The notes below the pieces were generated by a model. The model searched no databases and had not been told where the DNA came from. It worked only from the letters and a program-made list of their open reading frames with translations. This document shows positions 1-9,545 of a DNA stretch of 64,000 nucleotides, one piece after another (the first letter of the stretch is position 1; each line of letters begins with the position of its first letter). The DNA comes from an uncultured virus (IMG/VR IMGVR_UViG_3300027969_000078) (Duplodnaviria > Heunggongvirae > Uroviricota > Caudoviricetes), in IMG/VR virus record IMGVR_UViG_3300027969_000078; one strand, given 5' to 3'. The position numbers were made by a program, and so were the translations under genes.

Positions 1-127
1 TGATTGTTGTTCCACCTAGAATTGCAATAATCCCAGTACCGTTAGATGTGTAGTTATAGGCACCAGCGGTTGCACTAATTGCCGCAGTTTGAGCGCCTGC
101 AACCCCGCCAGGATAGTAAACAGAAAC
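1..127 (+). repeat. 127-bp exact direct repeat, copy 1
   Basis: tgattgttgttccacc...gtaaacagaaac is identical to 40636-40762; the copies diverge at 128 (c) vs 40763 (t). Confidence 0.97.
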
Positions 128-3100
128 CGTTGTAGGACCTGATGCACCTGTGGTTCCTTGCGTACCTTGAGTTCCTGTACCAGTTATTCCTTGTGTACCA
201 GTTAAGCCCTGAGTACCAGTAAGACCCGTTGTACCTTGTGCGCCAAAAGTACCTTGTGTACCTGTTGCGCCCTGAGTTCCTGTAATGCCCTGAGAACCTG
301 TAGCACCAATTGTGCCTTGATTTCCAGTTGTGCCTTGTAGTCCAGTTTGACCTTGGATACCAGCAACACCTTGGCTGCCAGTATTTCCTTGAATGCCATT
401 TAGACCTTGAACACCTTGGGAACCAGTAGCGCCTAATGTACCTTGAGTTCCAATTACACCTTGAGAACCAGTAACGCCTTGCGCTCCCGTATGTCCTTGA
501 ATTCCAATAGTGCCTTGCGCGCCCGTGGTTCCTTGTGCGCCATCTGCACCATTTGCGCCAGTAGCACCTTGCACGCCATTGATACCCTGAGAACCAGTAG
601 TACCTTGAGCACCATTAACGCCGTTTGTTCCTTGCGTTCCGTTGGTGCCTTGCGTTCCGTTAGCACCAGTTGTTCCCTGTGCGCCATTGGTTCCGTTAGT
701 ACCAGATGTGCCTTGTGTTCCGTTTAATCCTTGGGAACCAGCAATACCTTGCAAACCAATTGTGCCTTGCGCACCAGTATTTCCTGTTGTTCCTTGTGCG
801 CCCTTTGCGGCTAATACAGACCAATAGAAAGTATCTGTAATCGCAGTAGCAACAGGTACAAAGCGAAGTGCGGCATAAGATTGTCCGTTATATGTGACAA
901 CGCTATTAACCGCATACGCGAGGTCTACATCCCACGCACCATAGTTAATAAATCCAAGTCCTTGAATACCTTGAATGCCTGTAGTGCCTTGCGCACCTTG
1001 CGCACCAGTAATTCCCTGAGTGCCTTGCAAGCCAACGGTGCCTTGTGTTCCGTCATTACCTTGGATGCCGACTGCGCCTTGTGTGCCAGTTGTACCCTGA
1101 GCACCAATAGAACCCTGAGCGCCAATTAGACCTTGTGAACCCGTGTTACCAACAATGCCTTGCGTTCCGTTGCTACCCTGAATACCTTGTAGACCGACAG
1201 TACCTTGAATTCCGTTAGCACCATTTGTGCCTGAAGTTCCTTGTGAGCCTGTGGCACCAATAGCGCCTTGAATTGAATAAGCAACTTGAGTTGCTGTAAC
1301 AATTACAGAAGGCACATTTGGCGCAGCATCAAGAGCCGCTGGTGTTGCGATCTGAATTGCCGTGCTGTCTGAGGCGTAGAATAGTTGAATGTAATCGCCA
1401 GCGGTAAGAGGCAAGACAAAATTGACGGTCAGGACATCCATCTCATTAGTCTGCGTTAATGTTATGTCGCTGTTTGACTCTTGCACATAGGAACCATTTA
1501 CGCCAAGCCACGCTTGAAAGTTTTTGGTTGAAGCAGAAGTTGATTTAACTTGCAATGAGAAAGTAATGCTGTATGTGCCACTTGCAGTAAAGTCAATATG
1601 ACTTGAACTGCTTCGGTTTACACCAAAACTATCTGAGGTGTAGCCAATGTTAATTGCGTAAGCGGTGTTAATAGCGGCAGGTGTTTGTACTGTGTTATCG
1701 TAGAATGAACCGTAGTATGCAAGTGAACCACCAGCACCAGTAAGTCCCTGAACACCTTGCGCACCAAATTGACCTTGTACACCTTGCGTACCTTGAATTC
1801 CAGTATTGCCCTGAATACCAGTAATGCCCTGTACGCCTTGGCTACCAATTACTCCCTGAGTACCTTGCGCGCCAACAACGCCTTGGATTCCAATTGCGCC
1901 TTGCGTTCCTGTGACTCCCTGAGCACCAATTGTTCCTTGATGTCCTTCAAGACCTTGTGCGCCTTGGATTCCTCCTACGCCTTGCGCGCCAACAATTCCT
2001 TGCGTACCTTGCAAACCAAGTAGTCCCTGAGTACCCGTTGTTCCCTGTGAGCCAGTATTACCTGTTGAGCCTGTAATACCTTGCACACCTCCTAGTCCTT
2101 GCGCGCCCTGAACACCGACAGCACCTTGAGTACCAATTGCGCCCTGCGTACCTGTCGTACCTTGAGAGCCGTTGAGTCCTGAAGTACCCTGGGAGCCAAC
2201 AACACCCTGAACGCCTTGCAGACCAGTTGTTCCCTGAGTTCCTTGGGAACCAGTTACTCCTTGCGGACCTTCTAAACCTTGTGAACCAATTGCACCTTGT
2301 GTTCCGACAGTACCTTGCGAACCAGTTTGTCCGACAGTACCTTGCGCGCCCGTATTACCAAATGTTCCTTGACTTCCAATTGTTCCCTGCGCACCTGTAT
2401 CGCCAGTTGTACCTTGCGTACCCTGCATACCTGTAATGCCTTGGACACCGATTGTTCCTTGTGCGCCCTGTGCACCAGTCAATCCTTGTGTTCCCTGTGT
2501 GCCGTTAATTCCTTGAACGCCAATAATTCCTTGCGCACCCTGCGCACCTGTTTGTCCCTGAACACCTTGTGTTCCTTGCAGACCTACTGAACCTTGAATA
2601 CCAGTTAGTCCTTGGCTTCCCGTATTTCCTTGAACGCCTTGTAAACCAATAATGCCTTGAACGCCAGTCGTGCCTTGTGTTCCCTGAATACCTAAAGCGC
2701 CTTGAATTCCTGTTTGTCCTTGCGCACCAACAAGACCCTGCACGCCTTGTAAGCCTGTTAAGCCCGTTGTTCCTTGTACGCCAACCGCACCTTGCGCGCC
2801 TGTTGTACCCTGCACGCCAGTAGCCTGAAGGATGACAATAATTGGCGCGTTGTTTGCAAAACCAGTTGTGCCCGTACCTGCACTTGATACAAGCGTGACT
2901 GGAATGCTCCAGTAGGTTGTATTGTCAACTTTGTTTCCGCTTACTATCCACTTTTGAGTATTAAGTTGGCTGGTACTATCCTGTAAAGTAATAAAAGTAT
3001 TTGTTGCTATTGAAGTAAGCAATACATCAATGTTGGTTCCATTGGTTGTAGTATCGCTAATGCGTAATTGTGTGGCAGCGGTTTGTGTGGCTGTGTTATA

Positions 3101-3334
3101 CCCGACTTTTCCACTTGTAGGGTCGCCAGTTAGGTTAGCCGTAGTGATTGCATAGTCAAAGTAAGATGATGATGAACCGCTTGCACCAGTATTACCTTGA
3201 ATGCCTTGCGCTCCGCGTAAACCTTGGATACCTATACTGCCTTGAATACCAGTAGTACCTTGAATACCGCGATTACCCGCACCTGTTACAACTACAACTG
3301 GTACTGAACCATCTACAATATCGTAATTAGGCAT
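1..3334 (-). CDS. Collagen-like fibre protein, open at the window edge; about 1470 aa if A is circularised into 40635-39557
   Basis: Not in the ORF track. ATG at 3334 (MPNYDIVDGSVPVVVVTGAGNRGIQG); long G-X-Q-G-X-X tracts with three globular inserts; frame spot-checked at 1262-1320 and 2-170; ends GPTTVSVYYPGGVAG, matching the C-terminal part of the 39557-42922 protein. Confidence 0.9.
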   Translation of the reverse strand, partial: MPNYDIVDGSVPVVVVTGAGNRGIQGTTGIQGSIGIQGLRGAQGIQGNTGASGSSSSYFDYAITTANLTGDPTSGKVGYNTATQTAATQLRISDTTTNGTNIDVLLTSIATNTFITLQDSTSQLNTQKWIVSGNKVDNTTYWSIPVTLVSSAGTGTTGFANNAPIIVILQATGVQGTTGAQGAVGVQGTTGLTGLQGVQGLVGAQGQTGIQGALGIQGTQGTTGVQGIIGLQGVQGNTGSQGLTGIQGSVGLQGTQGVQGQTGAQGAQGIIGVQGINGTQGTQGLTGAQGAQGTIGVQGITGMQGTQGTTGDTGAQGTIGSQGTFGNTGAQGTVGQTGSQGTVGTQGAIGSQGLEGPQGVTGSQGTQGTTGLQGVQGVVGSQGTSGLNGSQGTTGTQGAIGTQGAVGVQGAQGLGGVQGITGSTGNTGSQGTTGTQGLLGLQGTQGIVGAQGVGGIQGAQGLEGHQGTIGAQGVTGTQGAIGIQGVVGAQGTQGVIGSQGVQGITGIQGNTGIQGTQGVQGQFGAQGVQGLTGAGGSLAYYGSFYDNTVQTPAAINTAYAINIGYTSDSFGVNRSSSSHIDFTASGTYSITFSLQVKSTSASTKNFQAWLGVNGSYVQESNSDITLTQTNEMDVLTVNFVLPLTAGDYIQLFYASDSTAIQIATPAALDAAPNVPSVIVTATQVAYSIQGAIGATGSQGTSGTNGANGIQGTVGLQGIQGSNGTQGIVGNTGSQGLIGAQGSIGAQGTTGTQGAVGIQGNDGTQGTVGLQGTQGITGAQGAQGTTGIQGIQGLGFINYGAWDVDLAYAVNSVVTYNGQSYAALRFVPVATAITDTFYWSVLAAKGAQGTTGNTGAQGTIGLQGIAGSQGLNGTQGTSGTNGTNGAQGTTGANGTQGTNGTQGTNGVNGAQGTTGSQGINGVQGATGANGADGAQGTTGAQGTIGIQGHTGAQGVTGSQGVIGTQGTLGATGSQGVQGLNGIQGNTGSQGVAGIQGQTGLQGTTGNQGTIGATGSQGITGTQGATGTQGTFGAQGTTGLTGTQGLTGTQGITGTGTQGTQGTTGASGPTTVSVYYPGGVAGAQTAAISATAGAYNYTSNGTGIIAILGGTTI

Positions 3335-3719
3335 TGCGCGAGACCTCTGCATCTACTTGTACTGTGCCGCGACCTAAGAAAATGGATTCGGCTTGGTTGG
3401 TTGGGATAAGGCGTAAATCCCACTCATACTTTCCAGGCGCGCAGTTAATTGCGAGACTGATTTGTACCTGTGGGGAAGTGGTTGCATTAAATACAATGCT
3501 TCCGTTTGCTACTGTGCCTTCTAACACCGCTGTACGCGCCATTGCACTCGTACGGAATTGTACTATAGGAGTATATCCCGCGAGGCTTATTGGTAAATCT
3601 AAATCAAAGTTTCCATTAGCATCTTGTTCACAGTATGAAAAAACAATAGCCCACTCCTGATACTGGCGTAATCTAAGGTTTAGCGGATCAGGCGTTTGAT
3701 TGAACGACTGTGCTGTCAT
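3327..3719 (-). CDS. BppU-N-like small structural/fibre-adaptor protein
   Basis: PISLAGYT...GKYEWDL...LGRGTVQVDAEVSR pattern; overlaps the collagen gene start. Confidence 0.55.
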   Translation of the reverse strand: MTAQSFNQTPDPLNLRLRQYQEWAIVFSYCEQDANGNFDLDLPISLAGYTPIVQFRTSAMARTAVLEGTVANGSIVFNATTSPQVQISLAINCAPGKYEWDLRLIPTNQAESIFLGRGTVQVDAEVSRNA

Positions 3720-5094
3720 TTGATTCTCCTATGGGAATGTTGCACTTAGGGCAGGTGCGTACTGATTTGGCATAAGGCGTCTTGCATTGTGGACAAAAAA
3801 CTGCCATTGCTGATAGGAAGTTGATTGCCGCTGAGCCTTCACTCAATTCGGTAAGCGCCCAGACTAATGCATCCATTCTGTCAGGCGAGTCCTGTGTAAT
3901 TCCTGGTTCGTATTCACACATTTGATCTTCTAATTCACCAAAGTATCCAACGTGATGTACACGCCCTTGTTCATATAGTGCTGCAATAGGCTCTGCGCGT
4001 AAGTGCTTTCCCCGTGTCGCTGTGACCTTCTTTGTGGAGACTGTCGGCTTTACCTGTTGCAGTAAATGTATTACAAGGTCGCCGCCGTTGTTTGTTTCAG
4101 CAACGATACGATCTGCCTTGTACTTTTCGTAGGATTTAACAGCCACGGTAGCCCACTCTAGAGGGCTTGCCTTTGTAGTGCTGTCATCCAAAACATAATA
4201 ATGTCCATCCGCGGTCATTCCGCAGGTAACAATTCCCGTACTATCACTATCCTCATTATTAGTAACCGCAGGGTCTACACCTACAACAACACGGCTGAAT
4301 GGCGGAATTGCGTCTAATTTAATTCGTGAGGCTTCAATGCCCGTGCGTGTCCATAATGCCCCAGGATTATCGTCAAGGATTTCACCAAATAGTTCTTGCC
4401 TACCTAAGCGAGTGTTCTCGTACTTATTCTGTAAGGTAATAAGTGTGCTTGCTGCAAGGTTGTCTTTGTTCTCATATGTACTACCGCGAGTAACTATTGT
4501 CTCAGGATCTTTTAGGATTTCCTTAACGATCTTAGTAGGTCGTGGGGTAGTGGTAACTATTACTTGTGGGTTCTGCCCTAATCGCAAACCAAATTGCAAT
4601 TGGTCAAATGTTTCAGGGCTAGCCCAAGCCGCTAACTCATCACACCAAGCACCGTGATGTTGCGGTCCGCGAAGTCGGTCAGGCTTCTCCGCACTAAATC
4701 CTTTTAATCGTGAGCCATTAGGCAGTATGTAAGAACTGCGTGACTTATTCCAAGCGTTAGGGTCATACACACCATAGCGAGTAAGTACGCTTATGATTCC
4801 AGACTCACCTTCAAAGCAGGTGTCAATAACGTCAGCACTTGTTGGTGCAACTACAGCCCAGCGTGTATTGGGATTAGTTACTGCCTTCCAAACTATCCAT
4901 TCCGCGCCCGTCCTCGTCTTGCCCCACCCGCGACCCGACAGGATCAGCCAAGTTCTCCAAGTTGTCTCTGGCGGTAACTGATTCGCTCTCGCTGATAGGT
5001 TCTGCCATTGCACTCTCGCCTGTGCTATTCGCATCGTCTCTTGTGAGTAACGCGGCAAGTTCTCTAACTGCTCTGTCAATACTGTCATCGCCAT
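3688..5094 (-). CDS. terL: Terminase large subunit (phage A)
   Basis: Walker A GRGWGKT, Walker B AWCDE, TTTP coupling motif, nuclease GVDPA...DRMDA; extra C-terminal CxxC...CxxC; start uncertain. Confidence 0.95.
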   Translation of the reverse strand: MAMTVLTEQLENLPRYSQETMRIAQARVQWQNLSARANQLPPETTWRTWLILSGRGWGKTRTGAEWIVWKAVTNPNTRWAVVAPTSADVIDTCFEGESGIISVLTRYGVYDPNAWNKSRSSYILPNGSRLKGFSAEKPDRLRGPQHHGAWCDELAAWASPETFDQLQFGLRLGQNPQVIVTTTPRPTKIVKEILKDPETIVTRGSTYENKDNLAASTLITLQNKYENTRLGRQELFGEILDDNPGALWTRTGIEASRIKLDAIPPFSRVVVGVDPAVTNNEDSDSTGIVTCGMTADGHYYVLDDSTTKASPLEWATVAVKSYEKYKADRIVAETNNGGDLVIHLLQQVKPTVSTKKVTATRGKHLRAEPIAALYEQGRVHHVGYFGELEDQMCEYEPGITQDSPDRMDALVWALTELSEGSAAINFLSAMAVFCPQCKTPYAKSVRTCPKCNIPIGESNDSTVVQSNA

Positions 5095-5482
5095 CCCAAG
5101 TTGTTATCTCTTGCTCAATCTTAATAGGCTTATCTAGCCCAAGCAATCGTGCCCTTCTTTCCATTAAGCGGATGATAGTCAGTACTGCTCTTGTGTCGCC
5201 TTTCATAGCAGAAGGCCATACAGCCACTTGGAGGCGGTCTAAGCGGTCAACTTCTTGTGTGCGTAGTTCATCCGCAGGTTGTTGCATCGTGCGCTTGATG
5301 GCCCTCTTATAGGCTGCATATGCACCTGTGTGGTCAGCATACCCAACTTCCTCAGCAATACGTTGCCAAGTTAGACCAGCACGGCGTAAGTCTAGTACCT
5401 TAATCTCTCTATCAACCAACCCTGGGCTTGGAACAGCCGCATTGTGATTTGACAGATGTGCGTCTTTTAGATTCTCATTCAT
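4874..5482 (-). CDS. Terminase small subunit-like HTH protein
   Basis: LDLRRAGLTWQRIAEEVGY HTH and RRARLLGLD; directly upstream of and overlapping terL. Confidence 0.75.
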   Translation of the reverse strand: MNENLKDAHLSNHNAAVPSPGLVDREIKVLDLRRAGLTWQRIAEEVGYADHTGAYAAYKRAIKRTMQQPADELRTQEVDRLDRLQVAVWPSAMKGDTRAVLTIIRLMERRARLLGLDKPIKIEQEITTWDGDDSIDRAVRELAALLTRDDANSTGESAMAEPISESESVTARDNLENLADPVGSRVGQDEDGRGMDSLEGSN

Positions 5483-6329
5483 ACTTTTTGTACTTTTCGT
5501 TTAGTATTTTAGGCACGGCGTTGTCCCACTTGATGAAGTGGTGAAGTCGCCTGTCGGTGATACCCATAGGCTTCACCTTAACACAGGATGGTGCCATCAT
5601 TACCGAGTAAAAGGACTTAACGTAAGTACCTAAATGTAAGTAAATATCCGTCAAGCCGCCTTTGACCTGTTGAGTCTGGGCTTGCTGTAACTGTGTTCGT
5701 GCCACAGTAAAGAATAGCCGTCCTCTAGACCCGTGCACCACATACGCATTGACATCTTCGTTAATCTTGCCAAAGAATTCAACAGGTCTATTTGTGCGAA
5801 AAAAGAACCCGTTCATAGCCTTGCGCATAAGTTGTTTGCGCCAATTCTGGTTAATGCCACCGATAAAGTCTCCGCCTTGACTAAATGCCACAGTATCAGC
5901 ATCCGAGGCAACCAAGAACTTCACAAAGGCATCTACAAGCCCATCAAAGTTTGTTATTAGTTTTGTGTGTAACTTACCATTGGATTCGGACTTATAGTAA
6001 AAGATGCTGTAATCATCATCAAATTGCAAGATATAGTCATAACCTAATTCTTTGGCTATGCGCTGCGATGCATTTCTGGCATACACCACGGCTCGTCTAT
6101 CATCCTGCGTATCAGCGACATCGGTAATAAGTGCCTCAGCCTTTTTGTCAAACTGAATTACATACTTATCACCATACATAGCAAAGTATTCTTCGGCTCT
6201 TTCATCCTCATTATCTATGATGATGTAGATTTCACCCGTGTAGTTAGACCTTCTTAAGGCTTGTACAGTCTTTACATTATCTGGTCGCCCATAGGTCAGG
6301 ATAAAGACAGCAAACTTATAGTCACTCAT
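5475..6329 (-). CDS. GT-A fold glycosyltransferase, GREB1/TAGT-like
   Basis: FILTYGRP start, YARN, QFDDD (DxD) and INEDV motifs. Confidence 0.7.
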   Translation of the reverse strand: MSDYKFAVFILTYGRPDNVKTVQALRRSNYTGEIYIIIDNEDERAEEYFAMYGDKYVIQFDKKAEALITDVADTQDDRRAVVYARNASQRIAKELGYDYILQFDDDYSIFYYKSESNGKLHTKLITNFDGLVDAFVKFLVASDADTVAFSQGGDFIGGINQNWRKQLMRKAMNGFFFRTNRPVEFFGKINEDVNAYVVHGSRGRLFFTVARTQLQQAQTQQVKGGLTDIYLHLGTYVKSFYSVMMAPSCVKVKPMGITDRRLHHFIKWDNAVPKILNEKYKKYE

Positions 6330-7065
6330 CTGATTCGGACTCTAATTCATCCACTCTAGCCATCAAATCAGCATAGCCGCGTGCAATAGCACTATCAAGG
6401 TCAATAATGACCAAGGCGGATGCTTCAAGTAGTTTTTGTACATTTGCTGGTGCGTGAGCGTAGTACTCAGCAATTTTGGAATAGTTAAATACAACGTGCC
6501 TATCTGCTGCCAACATAAGGAAGTTGTGCAACTCCGCATCAACCTTAGCCTCGGCTATTTCTGCCTTAAGTTGATTGGCTGTTGTGTCGTTAAATAATTC
6601 TAATAGTTTTGGCTGATCGCCTACAACCTCATAATGAGGGACACTAACTTTGTGCGTATACAAACTGGTGTCTGATACCTCGCGTGGCATATAGTCAGCC
6701 TCAAAGCCAAGGTCAATCAAATCCCAGTCAGAGTTCTCAAGTTCTAGTAATTGGGAAGCAAGTATTTCTTTATCCCACTCAGCCAATTCAGCGGTGCGGT
6801 TATCTGCAATCGCATATGCTTTAGCGGTATCGGCATCCCAGTTATCGGGAACTTCCGTAATTGCTATCTCATGCCAGCCTAGTTTTTGTGCGGCTTCTAG
6901 CGTTCCGTTGCCGGCAATCACTACGCCATTATGTACAACAATAGGCTTGCGCTGCCCAAACTTTTCAAGACTAGATGCTATTGCATCCAAGTTTTTTTCA
7001 GAGTGTTTTCTAGCGTTGTTGGGGTCAGCCATCAACTCCGAGATTAGTTTTTGTACTACCTTCAT
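6322..7065 (-). CDS. ParB/Srx N-terminal domain protein with extra C-terminal domain
   Basis: DPNNARKH...FGQRKPIVV...IAGNGT...ADNRTAELAEWD. Confidence 0.85.
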   Translation of the reverse strand: MKVVQKLISELMADPNNARKHSEKNLDAIASSLEKFGQRKPIVVHNGVVIAGNGTLEAAQKLGWHEIAITEVPDNWDADTAKAYAIADNRTAELAEWDKEILASQLLELENSDWDLIDLGFEADYMPREVSDTSLYTHKVSVPHYEVVGDQPKLLELFNDTTANQLKAEIAEAKVDAELHNFLMLAADRHVVFNYSKIAEYYAHAPANVQKLLEASALVIIDLDSAIARGYADLMARVDELESESDE

Positions 7066-7234
7066 ATGCCTTCAACTCTATTCTTGCATCCAGTAAATCA
7101 TCTACTTGCCCTAAGTAGAATTCTCGCTGGCTGTAGGTTAGCCTATTTCCATATCGGTCTTGCAATTTTGTACGCAAGTGACTTAAAGCCTCGTCTATAT
7201 CATCAACTGTTAGGTCATCTATAATCACTTGCAT
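7025..7234 (-). CDS. Hypothetical protein, probably leaderless
   Basis: ORF; TATACT 7 nt before the ATG at 7234. Confidence 0.55.
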   Translation of the reverse strand: MQVIIDDLTVDDIDEALSHLRTKLQDRYGNRLTYSQREFYLGQVDDLLDARIELKAYEGSTKTNLGVDG

Positions 7235-7284
7235 ATCTTGAAGTATAGACCTTTTCCAAGATACTGCGTAGATTATCACATAAC

Positions 7285-7446
7285 TTAACTAATGTGGCGT
7301 TTCATATACGCGTTTTGCAAATCGTCAATGTCGTAGTATCTTGCCCCACCGATTATCTTACTTTTGATGTCATCTTTTTTTGCCCATCTGTAGATGGTGG
7401 CTTGGGATACTTTAAACATCCTCATTGCTTCTTTAAGAGTCAGCAC
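7285..7446 (-). CDS. Xis/MerR-like (HTH_17) DNA-binding protein, 53 aa
   Basis: Hand-translated: MLTLKEAMRMFKVSQATIYRWAKK...GARYYDIDDL. Confidence 0.75.
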   Translation of the reverse strand: MLTLKEAMRMFKVSQATIYRWAKKDDIKSKIIGGARYYDIDDLQNAYMKRHIS

Positions 7447-8050
7447 TTAGCACCTTACCCAGCAAACGCCATTTAGCACTATCCCACGAAGTTCCACAGG
7501 CTCGGCACTTAATGTCATTAAAATTGGTCAATGTTTTGGGATCAACAAGCAACTTGGCACCGCATACTTCGCCCTTATCATCCTGCGCTGGGCAGGTGCC
7601 GATAGAAACTAGGTCGGACTTGTACCCCAAGACACTAGATATGCGGTTACTTATGTTGTTAATGTCTTTCGTAAGATTATCTAGTTCTTGGTAGTGCTCA
7701 AAAATCCACTCGGATTGACCCGTAATGTATTTGACCGTCATCTTGATTTTGTTAATTTCCTCGCCCCTGAATGTAATGCGAGTATGTTCACGCACGACTC
7801 TAATCTTTAATTCGTGCGCGGTTATTGGCTTGCTGATGCCCCCAGTACGCAAGTCCAATGTCTCTAATCGGACAGGGATAGGCGGTGTCTTACTTCCGCC
7901 TACCTTCTCTCCATACCCTTTACTGGGCAGCAATTCCTTTTCAAGTTCAAAGTATTTGTCTGGGAAAGCCTTTAATTTTGTCAAGGCAAAATCCCAGCAC
8001 GACTCACATACTGAACGTTCTGTGGATTTGCGGCACAGGACACATTTCAT
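7433..8050 (-). CDS. Zinc-finger protein (possible late regulator)
   Basis: CxxC pairs at both ends (CVLC/CESC; CPA...CG...CRAC). Confidence 0.6.
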   Translation of the reverse strand: MKCVLCRKSTERSVCESCWDFALTKLKAFPDKYFELEKELLPSKGYGEKVGGSKTPPIPVRLETLDLRTGGISKPITAHELKIRVVREHTRITFRGEEINKIKMTVKYITGQSEWIFEHYQELDNLTKDINNISNRISSVLGYKSDLVSIGTCPAQDDKGEVCGAKLLVDPKTLTNFNDIKCRACGTSWDSAKWRLLGKVLSADS

Positions 8051-8226
8051 AAGGAACGATGATCTCGTTTCGCCTTATACGCTTCTACCTGTTCGCGGTC
8101 ATAAAGAGCATTTCTGCCTACTTTCTCCACCCACACAATTTGTTTGCGGTATTGCATTTGGTAGAGGTTGTTAGGTGTTATGCCCAAAAGTTCACAAACT
8201 TCGGTGCTGGTAATTAAAACGGCCAT
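8047..8226 (-). CDS. Xis/MerR-like HTH protein, 59 aa
   Basis: Hand-translated: MAVLITSTEVCELLGITPNNLYQMQYRK...ALYDREQVE; ATGA overlap with the next gene. Confidence 0.7.
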   Translation of the reverse strand: MAVLITSTEVCELLGITPNNLYQMQYRKQIVWVEKVGRNALYDREQVEAYKAKRDHRSL

Positions 8227-8597
8227 TCTTGATTTCCCTCTGTTTTAGGTGCTGCCGTCTTGCGCTTTAAAGTGCCAACAACCGCAATCATTTTTGCTTT
8301 AACTTCAAAGCCTGACTTAATTTCACCATCGCGACCTTTATATTCAAATGCCTTTAGGTCGCCCTTTACAAGCAACTTGGTACCTTTTAGTGGTGTGTCT
8401 GCTGTCCACTCAGCCAAATCTCCTGTGGCGGTAATTTTCCACCATACTGTCTCGCCTAGTACCCACTCACCATTTTTGTATTCGCGTGGGGTTTCTGCGA
8501 GACTAAAATTGCTGACGGCAAAATCACCTTTTGCACCTTTAATGAATTTAAGTTCTGCGTCTCCGCCAGCGTTACCAATAATTTCTATCTGAGCCAT
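8214..8597 (-). CDS. ssb: Single-stranded DNA-binding protein
   Basis: IIGNAGGDAELKF...FSLA...KGTKLLVKG OB fold; C-terminal PF. Confidence 0.9.
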   Translation of the reverse strand: MAQIEIIGNAGGDAELKFIKGAKGDFAVSNFSLAETPREYKNGEWVLGETVWWKITATGDLAEWTADTPLKGTKLLVKGDLKAFEYKGRDGEIKSGFEVKAKMIAVVGTLKRKTAAPKTEGNQEWPF

Positions 8598-8925
8598 AAT
8601 TTTCACCTTCTGTTAGTTGATAGGAGCCTTCGTTGTCCAATAATACCTTACTTCCGTCTGGAAGGTGTAAGGGATACTCGGCGGGTTGCGCCCAACTTGG
8701 CACTATCCAACCCATCTCTATAGATTTCGCAGGGTTCATATGTATTGCATTGGTTCCCATATTGTGGCACTCGTGATGCACGGCTATAAGGTTGCAGACT
8801 TCATCCTTACCACCTTGCGACTTTAACCTGCGGTGGTGAAGTGCGAAGTTTTGACCTGCTTTGCCGCACGCTTCGCAGTAATTTCCAGCGCGGCTGAGTA
8901 CAACTTCCGCTATTTTTTTATCCAT
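8572..8925 (-). CDS. HNH endonuclease
   Basis: CEAC...LHHRRLKSQGG...NLIAVHHECH. Confidence 0.85.
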   Translation of the reverse strand: MDKKIAEVVLSRAGNYCEACGKAGQNFALHHRRLKSQGGKDEVCNLIAVHHECHNMGTNAIHMNPAKSIEMGWIVPSWAQPAEYPLHLPDGSKVLLDNEGSYQLTEGENYGSDRNYW

Positions 8926-9481
8926 TGGATACCATAAATTTGATCTCGCCTCCCGTAAAGACATCATACTTGGATGCCGCCTTAATTGCTATGCGTATAC
9001 AGTTTTTGGCTTTGGCTACAGTATCGGATTGTCCAGCCTTAAGTGCTTCAAGTGCGCCAAGAGCAAATCGTTCGCCTGAACCTGCCACATAAATGTTGTC
9101 GTTAGTTCTTTCCCACCCATAATCTTCGTCAATACGATAGATGCAACCTCGGACACAAATGATAAAGATATTGTCTTGCAGTACTGAACCTTCGTCTTTT
9201 TTGTACTCATAATCTGCCGCATCAAAGCACTTGCGTATGGATGGAATTAGAATACTTGTTACATATTTATCTAGGTTGTCTATTTTTATTGGCGGACATA
9301 CCCAAGCGTGTTCCAATAAGTTGATTCCGCGTACTGCACCAGCGCCAGCAATTATTGCTTCACCATTCTTAAATATCTTGCCCGCAGGTATGTCTATAGA
9401 AAATCCATCTTCGCCTGATGATTGCGAGTCTGACCCAATTACAGCCCACCCATTTCCTTCTATAGCGGCGATGGTGGTCAT
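8918..9481 (-). CDS. Ntn-hydrolase, HslV/proteasome beta-like protease (phage A)
   Basis: N-terminal MTT, SDSQ, AGSG motif; leaderless TAGAAT-N6-ATG. Confidence 0.8.
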   Translation of the reverse strand: MTTIAAIEGNGWAVIGSDSQSSGEDGFSIDIPAGKIFKNGEAIIAGAGAVRGINLLEHAWVCPPIKIDNLDKYVTSILIPSIRKCFDAADYEYKKDEGSVLQDNIFIICVRGCIYRIDEDYGWERTNDNIYVAGSGERFALGALEALKAGQSDTVAKAKNCIRIAIKAASKYDVFTGGEIKFMVSNG

Positions 9482-9505
9482 TGTTTAATTCTACCCTAGA
9501 CATAA

Positions 9506-9545
9506 GAGAACCCACAGGGAGGCAAATCGCTGTGGGTTCTCTTTT
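9506..9545. terminator. Intrinsic terminator-like hairpin
   Basis: gagaacccacag...ctgtgggttctc followed by a T run. Confidence 0.6.

Noticed and set aside
128..3300. Periodic repeats as a CRISPR array, and the many short ORFs called here
   Set aside because: The periodicity is 9/18-nt collagen codons with no constant repeat and unique spacers; the called ORFs are off-frame or antisense shadows of one long gene
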